From: Bacilli bacterium
Lineage (GTDB): Bacteria > Bacillota_I > Bacilli_A > RF39 > UBA660
Direction of reading: 5' to 3'
DNA: 64,000 nucleotides
Assembly: GCA_017432665.1 (NCBI GenBank)
Contig: JAFRIS010000032.1
Coordinates: 11,759 to 75,758 of the forward strand
Shown: positions 28,405 to 35,956 of the stretch, one piece after another
How positions within the stretch are numbered: position 1 is the first letter of the stretch
Layout of the letters: every line of letters begins with the position of its first letter
Program-made: the position numbers and the translations under genes
The notes under the pieces: model-generated
Database searches by the model: none
The model's input: the letters and a program-made list of their open reading frames with translations, nothing else
Told to the model about the DNA's origin: nothing

Positions 28405-29710
28405 TTTAAACACTAAATCATTAATAAAATATTGTTCTAATGGTACTATACCTAATGAAGATATCTTATATAAGTTACAACTGATTAATAGAAGAGCAGG
28501 TAGTGATGTTCATACGGTATTTGGTTATCGTAAGTTTAATGATGATTTTGTTGATAAAGTAACTGTTTATGTTAATGATGATGGAAATGAAACTATTAAA
28601 TTTAGTTATGATGACTTTTTAATAAAACTATTTAAACTATTAAATGTAGATGGAAAACCTAATACTATGACGGAAGAAGAAATAGATAAAGTTTTAAATG
28701 AAAGATTAGTAGTTTTAAATAGCTATAATATAAAAGAAAAATTAAGATATGAGTTTCCACTTATTTATAATGATTATCATAATGGTATAAAATTCTTAAG
28801 AGAAGTAGAAAAAATGAGAGAGTCTACTTCTGAAGAAAAAACTCGTAAAAATATTCAGAGAAAGCATTATTATAGATGTGCGCTTCATCCTACATATTTT
28901 AAATTTGTTGATAGACAAAAAGATTTATATGGTAGATTTGTTACAAGAAGAGAAGAGTATAAGAAATTTGTTGAAGAAGGTAGTTTAAATAATTTCTTTA
29001 AAAAGTTTTTTGATATGAATAAAGTAGCTATGTATACAGCTAATAGTTACTTAAATATCTGTGATTATTTGGAAGATAGATCATTAATTAGTTATTATGT
29101 TTCTTTAGTAGAAAAGTATTTAGAATCTGATTATGATAAAAATGTAGAGATAGAAGTAGAAAACAATCTTAAAATTAATTTAAATGTTATTGAAGCAAGA
29201 CTTTCTAAAGTAAAAAGTAAAATAGCTCCTCAAATAGGAATAGTTAATTGGGAGTTAATTCCTCCTGGTAAAGATGGAATTATAAGAGGAGAATTTAATC
29301 ATAGAAATAGAGTTGTATTAACTGATAAAGAAGCTGAGTTTTTAAGAAGAAAAGGTAAAGAAAAAGAAGAGTTTTATAGTAAATCTAATCCATACGCAAA
29401 AGCTTATGGTGTATTAAAACACGATTGTTATGTTGCTTATATTTATGATAATGGAGAAATATTATTAGATACTTTGTATGATGATAATAATCCGAAAACA
29501 GCAAGAGGTAATGCTACATATAATATTAAAGCAAGTGATTTTGATATAATTTCTGGATTAGATAAGAGTGTATTAAAATCTCATCCAAAGGTTACTAAAT
29601 TAAACCATTCTAAAAATTGGCAAATGAGAGTTTCGGAAATAGTTAATCGTGAAAATAACTCTGAAGAAAAACAAGAAGCTATTACTTTAGTAAGAAAATT
29701 AAAAAAGTAG
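28385..29710 (+). CDS. Hypothetical cytoplasmic protein (441 aa)
   Basis: Start overlaps the upstream gene by 20 nt. No recognisable motif. Confidence 0.5.
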   Translation: MEKATINLNTKSLIKYCSNGTIPNEDILYKLQLINRRAGSDVHTVFGYRKFNDDFVDKVTVYVNDDGNETIKFSYDDFLIKLFKLLNVDGKPNTMTEEEIDKVLNERLVVLNSYNIKEKLRYEFPLIYNDYHNGIKFLREVEKMRESTSEEKTRKNIQRKHYYRCALHPTYFKFVDRQKDLYGRFVTRREEYKKFVEEGSLNNFFKKFFDMNKVAMYTANSYLNICDYLEDRSLISYYVSLVEKYLESDYDKNVEIEVENNLKINLNVIEARLSKVKSKIAPQIGIVNWELIPPGKDGIIRGEFNHRNRVVLTDKEAEFLRRKGKEKEEFYSKSNPYAKAYGVLKHDCYVAYIYDNGEILLDTLYDDNNPKTARGNATYNIKASDFDIISGLDKSVLKSHPKVTKLNHSKNWQMRVSEIVNRENNSEEKQEAITLVRKLKK

Positions 29711-29730
29711 ATTTAATAATCTACTTTTTT
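29706..29730. terminator. Bidirectional intrinsic terminator between convergent genes
   Basis: AGTAGATT-taat-AATCTACT flanked by an A run and a T run. Confidence 0.75.
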
Positions 29731-30595
29731 ATTGATATAATTCTTTCTTAATTGATTCTAAGTTATCATTCATAATAGTTGTGTAATCTTCTTTTTCACT
29801 TCGCTCTTCATCACTTAAATTATCTAATTTATGAAGACCAATAGTTTTAACATCACCATGATTATTAAGTAAATTTTGGGCATTTTCATTAGCTTTTTGA
29901 CCTTTGAATAGATAAATGTAACGAATAACTCCAGCATTAATTAATTCTTCAGCATCACTTAAAGTCTTTTGATTAGCATCACTATCAATACAAATTACTT
30001 CAAGACCAAACTTTTCTAAATATTTAAGAGCACTATCAGCAACTAAAAGAGTTTTATTATCAGTACTTTCAACAGCTACTCGATAATCAGCATCTATTTC
30101 ACTTAAAGTAATTTTTAATTCATCGTAAGCTTCATCTATTTCTTTCTTCAAATAAGTACTAGAAACATATTCATTTAAGCTAATACGCACATTTTGACTC
30201 ATCATTAGTAGAGAAGATGGATTTAACCATAATTCTTCAGGAGAATAGTCTGTTTCTAAGACATAGGCTGTATCAATAATTTTTAATTCAGGATTAATTG
30301 CGAGTAAATCAACAGCTAAATTTCTTTCTTTTTCTAATAGACCATTATAGACAAATAAGTCTTTTTTAGCATATTCATTCTTTTCTTTATTACTAATTTC
30401 ATAAGTGTTAATATCTACTCCATCAGGATAAATAGATTTAATAGTAGCATGTTCCCCATATAAATTCTTTACTATATATTCATTAGGATAATTGGTAACG
30501 ATTACTTCGATGTTATCCATACTATCATTAGTACAACCTGTTAGAAAGAATGGTATAAATAAAATTAATAATAATATAAGTTTAGTTCTTTTCAT
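29729..30595 (-). CDS. Cluster-9 (ZnuA/PsaA/TroA-like) solute-binding lipoprotein with non-canonical ligand positions
   Basis: Lipobox FLTG|C. Collinear with PsaA as I remember it ([13 protein letters not shown].., [30 protein letters not shown]). Confidence 0.7.
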   Translation of the reverse strand: MKRTKLILLLILFIPFFLTGCTNDSMDNIEVIVTNYPNEYIVKNLYGEHATIKSIYPDGVDINTYEISNKEKNEYAKKDLFVYNGLLEKERNLAVDLLAINPELKIIDTAYVLETDYSPEELWLNPSSLLMMSQNVRISLNEYVSSTYLKKEIDEAYDELKITLSEIDADYRVAVESTDNKTLLVADSALKYLEKFGLEVICIDSDANQKTLSDAEELINAGVIRYIYLFKGQKANENAQNLLNNHGDVKTIGLHKLDNLSDEERSEKEDYTTIMNDNLESIKKELYQ

Positions 30596-30818
30596 GTTTT
30601 TTCTCCTTCTTTAATGGTACTGGATCATATCCAGAAGGACCTAATGGATGACATCTTAATACTCTTTTAATAGCTAAGTATGTTCCTTTAATAGATCCAT
30701 AAGTTAAAATAGCTTCTTTAGCATAATTACTACAAGTAGGTATAAATCTACATTGTTTATGACTAGAGAAAGGTATTTTTTGATATAAATTAATGATAGA
30801 AATCAAAAGATATTTCAT
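30582..30818 (-). CDS. yidD: Membrane protein insertion efficiency factor YidD
   Basis: [15 protein letters not shown]...[15 protein letters not shown]. Confidence 0.9.
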   Translation of the reverse strand: MKYLLISIINLYQKIPFSSHKQCRFIPTCSNYAKEAILTYGSIKGTYLAIKRVLRCHPLGPSGYDPVPLKKEKKHEKN

Positions 30819-30909
30819 ACTATCACCATAATCATTTTACTATGGATAAACTCTTTTTTCAAGACTATTAAAATTAATTATTATTTGATATAATGGAGCT
30901 GGTGATAGT

Positions 30910-31572
30910 ATGGAAGAGTTATTTAAACAATTGAAGATTAAACCTAAAAGTATTGATTTATATAAAACAGCTTTTTCTCATAGTTCATATGTCAATGAAC
31001 ATAAAGTTAAGAATAATTATGAAAGATTGGAGTTTTTAGGAGATGCAGTATTAGATTTAGTGGTTGCAGACTATTTATATAGTAATCATAAAGAAGACGA
31101 GGGTGAAATGACTAAAGTTAGGGCTAGTTATGTTTGCGAAAATGCCAATTACTGTTATGCTTTGAGTCTTAATTTACCTAATTATATATTAGTGGGCCAT
31201 GGCGAACAAAAAGAGGGCTTAAAAAAAGCAATTGTTGCTGATATATTTGAAGCTTTAATTGGAGCTATTTATTTGGATTTAGGATATGCTACTGTTAGAA
31301 AAGTGGTTTTAAATGTGATAGTTCCATATATTGAAGATCCGCATACTAGTTTCTTTAGTGATTATAAAAGTACTCTTCAAGAATATGTTCAAACAGAACA
31401 AAAAACTATCGAATATAATTTGATTAAGGAAGAAGGTCCTGCTCATGAGAGAAAGTTCACGGTTGAAGTTCAAATAGATGGAATAGTTTATGGTGAAGGA
31501 AATGGTTCTTCTAAAAAAGAAGCAGAACAAGAAGCTGCTAAAGTGGCAATTGCTAAAATGGCAAAGAAATAA
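30910..31572 (+). CDS. rnc: Ribonuclease III
   Basis: ERLEFLGDAVLDLVV signature, DIFEALIGAIYLD, C-terminal dsRBD (GPAHERKF..GSSKKEAEQEAAK). Confidence 0.95.
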   Translation: MEELFKQLKIKPKSIDLYKTAFSHSSYVNEHKVKNNYERLEFLGDAVLDLVVADYLYSNHKEDEGEMTKVRASYVCENANYCYALSLNLPNYILVGHGEQKEGLKKAIVADIFEALIGAIYLDLGYATVRKVVLNVIVPYIEDPHTSFFSDYKSTLQEYVQTEQKTIEYNLIKEEGPAHERKFTVEVQIDGIVYGEGNGSSKKEAEQEAAKVAIAKMAKK

Positions 31573-31664
31573 AAGAACAACTTAGTTCTTTTTTTTGTTA
31601 GTATTGATTTTATACAAGAATATTTATGTAATGTATATAGAATAGGCTGTGAGCCGAATATATT

Positions 31665-32006
31665 TTGGAAAAGAGAGGTAAGAAAAATGAACAAAAGAAT
31701 GGAACATTCTTTATTATCCCAGCTACAAATAGTATTATTTATACATATGCTTTAAGAGTAGTTGATATTAAAGCTAAGATAGATGGGAAAGAAATACCAA
31801 CTTATGATATTACTGAGATACCACATCCAGATTTTAAGAAGAATAAAAAATATACGGATAAGTATATTAAAGATCAAATTACTATGACTACTGCTATGAG
31901 AAAAGTAGATGTCGATAATGTTATTAAAGGTAACAAAGATAAAGATACTGATTTATATGATCAATTAGAAAAGACAAGTAGTTATAAATTTAAGTTTAAA
32001 AAATAG
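31665..32006 (+). CDS. Doubtful ORF / possible frameshifted remnant
   Basis: TTG start with no SD. The only good SD+ATG (31687) is in another frame and stops after 22 codons. Confidence 0.25.
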   Translation: MEKRGKKNEQKNGTFFIIPATNSIIYTYALRVVDIKAKIDGKEIPTYDITEIPHPDFKKNKKYTDKYIKDQITMTTAMRKVDVDNVIKGNKDKDTDLYDQLEKTSSYKFKFKK

Positions 32007-32093
32007 AGTTTATCTCTATTTTTCTTTATTTTGACAGTAAAAAGTGCTATAATTAATATGCTGTTTACTTGAAGAAAAAGAAAGGAGAATAAA

Positions 32094-33746
32094 ATGAGTA
32101 AAATTAAAATATTTGCTTTAGGTGGGTTAAATGAAAACGGTAAAAACATGTATGTTGTAGATGTTGATAATGATATTTTTGTTTTTGATGCGGGTTTAAA
32201 ATACGATAATGATTTAAATTTAGGTATAGATTATATCATTCCTAATTTTGATTATTTAGTAGATAATAAAAAAAGAATAAAAGGAATTTTCTTAACTCAT
32301 GGACATGAAGGTAATATGGGAGCTATTCCTGATATTTTAGAGGTTATACCTGATGTACCAGTATATGGTACTAAGTTAACTTTAGAGATAGTTAAGAATG
32401 ATATTGATGAATCTATAAGTAATAATATAAAGTTAGTAGAGATTAAACCACATGTTAAGATAGATTTTGGGAATAATTCAGTTTTCCCAATAAGTGTAAC
32501 TCATTCAATTCCAGATTGTGTTTGTTATGTATTATATACACCTGATGGAGCAATTGTTTATACAGGAGATTATGTCTTTGATTCAACGATGATGGGTGCT
32601 TATAAGACTGATATAGGTAAATTAGCTTATGTTGGAAAGCAAGGAGTATTATGTTTACTAAATGAATCTTTCTATGCTGACAAACCTGGTCATACTTCAC
32701 CTCAAAATAGAGTAAGTGGTTTTGTTAAAGAAGTATTAAATAAGAATCCAGATCGAATTATTGCGACTATATTTCCTGCTCATTATTACCGTATTCAAGA
32801 AATATTTAATGAAGTAATGAAAACTCATCGTAAAATTGTTATTATGGGAAAGACTCTTCAAAATCAAATTAACAGTGCAATTAAAGAAGGGTATTTAACT
32901 ATTGATAAGGATAAGATAGGTTCTTTATCCGATTTAGATAGTAAAGATTCAGTAGTATTAATTTCAGATGAAAAAGAAAAGCCATTTGCTAATCTAGAAA
33001 GAATTATCAAAGGCTTTGATAAATTTATTACAATCAAGGAAACAGACACTATTTTTATTACTGAGCCTTCATATGCTGGAATTGAAAAAAGAATGGCTGT
33101 TATTATGGATGAAATAGCTATGTTAGGGGCTAATGCTATTAGTTTATCTAGTAAAAAACATTTATTACATCATGCTTCTCGTGAAGATTTAATGTTAATG
33201 ATTAATTTGATGAATCCTAAATATTATTTCCCAGTAAAAGGAGAATATCGTAATCAATATGAAAATGCTGAAATTGCAGAAGAATTAGGTATTCCAAAAG
33301 AAAACATTATTTTAAAACTAAATGGTGATGTTGTAGAATTTGATAATGGAAAAATGATAGAGAGTTTTGAACATATTGATACTGATGAAATACTAATAGC
33401 TGGTAATCAAGGAGAAGATATTGGAGATTTAGTCTTAAAAGATCGTGAAATGTTAGGATCTAGTGGTATTGTAATAATTAGTTGTACTCTAGATAAGAAT
33501 ACTAAGAAGATACTTGGAGGTCCTGAAATTCTAACTAGAGGATTCATTTATGTAAAAGAAAGTCAAACTATGTTAGAAGAAACTAAAGCAATATCTAGAG
33601 AAGTGATTGAGAATAGTATTGGAGAAAACTCTGGAAGAGTAGATTATGCTAAAATAAAGAATGATGTAAGAGAAGTCTTAGGTAAATTCTTTTATCAAGA
33701 AACAGAATCAAAACCTATGATTATTACTGTTGTTCAAGAAATATAA
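32094..33746 (+). CDS. rnj: Ribonuclease J family protein with degenerate metal-binding motifs
   Basis: Collinear with RNase J1 (KIFALGGLNENGKN.., VTHSIPD, TGDYVFD, beta-CASP and C-terminal domain). However, HxHxDH reads HGHEGN. Confidence 0.85.
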   Translation: MSKIKIFALGGLNENGKNMYVVDVDNDIFVFDAGLKYDNDLNLGIDYIIPNFDYLVDNKKRIKGIFLTHGHEGNMGAIPDILEVIPDVPVYGTKLTLEIVKNDIDESISNNIKLVEIKPHVKIDFGNNSVFPISVTHSIPDCVCYVLYTPDGAIVYTGDYVFDSTMMGAYKTDIGKLAYVGKQGVLCLLNESFYADKPGHTSPQNRVSGFVKEVLNKNPDRIIATIFPAHYYRIQEIFNEVMKTHRKIVIMGKTLQNQINSAIKEGYLTIDKDKIGSLSDLDSKDSVVLISDEKEKPFANLERIIKGFDKFITIKETDTIFITEPSYAGIEKRMAVIMDEIAMLGANAISLSSKKHLLHHASREDLMLMINLMNPKYYFPVKGEYRNQYENAEIAEELGIPKENIILKLNGDVVEFDNGKMIESFEHIDTDEILIAGNQGEDIGDLVLKDREMLGSSGIVIISCTLDKNTKKILGGPEILTRGFIYVKESQTMLEETKAISREVIENSIGENSGRVDYAKIKNDVREVLGKFFYQETESKPMIITVVQEI

Positions 33747-33766
33747 AGGCTTAAAGCCTTTTTATG

Positions 33767-33843
33767 TATCCGTAGCTCAGTAGGATAGAGCAATCGCCTC
33801 CTAAGCGATAGGTCACGAGTTCGACTCTCGTCGGGTACACCAT
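33767..33843 (+). tRNA. tRNA-Arg (anticodon CCU)
   Basis: Acceptor GTATCCG/CGGGTAC, anticodon arm ATCGC-CTCCTAA-GCGAT, T arm ACGAG-TTCGACT-CTCGT, encoded CCA. Confidence 0.9.
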
Positions 33844-33897
33844 ATAAAAACAAAGGTTATACATAAAATGTATAATCTTTTATTGTAAATATATTAT

Positions 33898-33925
33898 TGA
33901 CATTTGGTAAAAAAGTGTTATTATA
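33898..33925 (+). promoter_or_regulatory. Sigma-A promoter with consensus -35 and extended -10
   Basis: TTGACA, 16-nt spacer, TGtTATTAT. Upstream of the adhesin gene. Confidence 0.6.
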
Positions 33926-33956
33926 GAAAACAATTTATAGCTTATGGGAGGTTCGA

Positions 33957-35243
33957 ATGAAAAAGAGTTTATTAATAACAAGTTTATTTTTGTTAGTTTT
34001 TTTGTTTGGTATCTTTTTACCAACTAAAGTTTATGCTTTGGAAGATAATGAAAAAACTACTGAAGAAATAGAGATACATAAGGTACAAGTAATTACTACT
34101 AAAGTTGATGAAGAGGGTAATCCTTTAAGTGGTGCCACATTAGAAATCATTGATAGTGAAGGAAATGTAGTTGATAGTTGGATTTCAGATGATTCTGAAC
34201 ATGTTACTATGCTACCAGAAGGAGAATATACTTTACATGAAGTATTAGCTCCAATTGGATATGAATTAAGCGCTGACCAAAACTTTACTGTCGAGGTCAA
34301 AATTAGTGATATTAATGCAGGAGTAGATCATCAAAAAGATTCTGAAGTGTGTAAAGATTATGGAGGAATTGCTTTCTATTATGTTGAAAGTGAAGGAGTA
34401 AAAGAAGAGGCGTATTGTATTAATCAAGGGTTAAAAGAACCTAATGATACTTCTTATGATGGTTCAGTTCTAACACCAGAAAATATTAGAGATTTTGCTC
34501 CAGAAGCAGATCCTAATATGACAGATGAAGATTTGTATAATAAAGTATTAGATATTGTTAATAATCGTGCAAATGCTGAAGAAGAGTTTTCAGATTTAAC
34601 AGAAGAAGAAATTAGATTTATTACTGAATATGCTTTAAAGACTTACACATCTGCAGAAGTAACAAATCAGCAAGCTAAAAGAGATGAAAATGGTAAAATT
34701 ATAAGAGATGATGAAGGAAATATTGTTTACGAAGATGTTAAATTTTTAAGACAATATAGATATGTACCTGAATCAAGAACAGGATATGTAGAAGATAGAG
34801 ATAATGGTGATGGTTTTGGTAAACTAGCACAACATTGGTGGACAGGACATGGACATAAAAAAATACCAGCTAGATATGCAGAATTCTTCTATTATTTAAT
34901 AGGTAATGAAGTATCTCATCCTGTTGATATGCATTTATATGTTTATACAACAAAGACGACTACAGCTGATGGAGAAAATTATCAAAATTTACTAGGTATC
35001 AAATGGTTTAATCCATATGATGAAAACTATACAGTTAATTTAAAAATGGTGAATACTAAAAGAGTTTTTCCTGAAGAAGAAACTGAAGAGGATATACAAG
35101 AGGAAAAAACTGTTCAAATGAAATCAACTGCAGAAATAGTACCACCAGTAACGGGTGTATCTACAAGTAGCAATAATAGTATATTAATTATACTATTAGC
35201 TAGTATGTTATTATTACCAGTTATGAAAAAGATAAATGAATAA
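33957..35243 (+). CDS. Cell-wall-sorted adhesin: SpaA/Cna-B-type domain + thioester (TED/TQXA-like) domain + PPVTG sorting signal
   Basis: Signal peptide. EGNPLSGATLEIIDSEGNVV..LPEGEYTLHEVLAPIGYEL; YCINQG Cys154; LAQHWW and YQNLLG. C-terminal PPVTG + hydrophobic stretch + KKINE. Confidence 0.7.
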   Translation: MKKSLLITSLFLLVFLFGIFLPTKVYALEDNEKTTEEIEIHKVQVITTKVDEEGNPLSGATLEIIDSEGNVVDSWISDDSEHVTMLPEGEYTLHEVLAPIGYELSADQNFTVEVKISDINAGVDHQKDSEVCKDYGGIAFYYVESEGVKEEAYCINQGLKEPNDTSYDGSVLTPENIRDFAPEADPNMTDEDLYNKVLDIVNNRANAEEEFSDLTEEEIRFITEYALKTYTSAEVTNQQAKRDENGKIIRDDEGNIVYEDVKFLRQYRYVPESRTGYVEDRDNGDGFGKLAQHWWTGHGHKKIPARYAEFFYYLIGNEVSHPVDMHLYVYTTKTTTADGENYQNLLGIKWFNPYDENYTVNLKMVNTKRVFPEEETEEDIQEEKTVQMKSTAEIVPPVTGVSTSSNNSILIILLASMLLLPVMKKINE

Positions 35244-35332
35244 AATAAGCATTAGCTTATTTTTTTTGTATAAAGATTATGTCTTTTTTTAATAGTATGA
35301 TTATGATACAATGAGTATAGGTAGGGATCGGT

Positions 35333-35827
35333 ATGAAGTATTTTAGTGATGGCGAAATACTCTTATCAGATTTTGATGGAGTATTTTTAGATTCTCAAAA
35401 GAGATTTAATGAAGTAATGAAAGAAGAAACTGATTTAGATAAGTGGATGAATTTCTTAAATGGAATTAATTGGAAAAAATTTGTTCGTGAATGTGAATTT
35501 GTCCCAGGAGCAGTAGAAACATTTACTGAATTACAAAAACTCAATATTTTAAAAGGTTTTATTACTAGAATTCACTCTTTTGATGAAGGAAAAGAAAAAT
35601 GTTTGTTGCTTCGAGATTTAGGAATTGAAGTACCAATCTATTATGTCCTTCCTGAACAACCTAAGAGTTCAGTTTACATTCCAAACCGTAAAGTTATTTT
35701 GCTAGACGACAATTTGGAAAATTGCGAGGAATGGAATTTAAACTGTGGAAAATCAATACTTTATGACCCATCTCAAAAAGACTGTGGAAAAAAATATGTC
35801 AAATCATTGTATGATTTGTTGAAATAA
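35333..35827 (+). CDS. HAD-like hydrolase (small)
   Basis: Motif I LSDFDGVFLD, motif IV-like LLDDN. Confidence 0.45.
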   Translation: MKYFSDGEILLSDFDGVFLDSQKRFNEVMKEETDLDKWMNFLNGINWKKFVRECEFVPGAVETFTELQKLNILKGFITRIHSFDEGKEKCLLLRDLGIEVPIYYVLPEQPKSSVYIPNRKVILLDDNLENCEEWNLNCGKSILYDPSQKDCGKKYVKSLYDLLK

Positions 35828-35956
35828 AAAACTATCCATATTAAAATTATAATAGAGAGTAGGTTGATAATATGACAAAGACATGTTTTATACAACTTAA
35901 CCGATTATTATAAGAAGTGACACTATAAGTGCCGCTTTTTTTGGGGAGGAAAAAAA

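Noticed and set aside
35828-35956. Possible leader peptide (ATG at 35873, 13 codons, MTKTCFIQLNRLL) plus a T run upstream of the GTG-start phosphoesterase gene, acting as an attenuator.
   Set aside because: The mini-ORF has only a weak SD, and the hairpin before the T run is only 4-5 bp. That is not enough to call a regulatory element.
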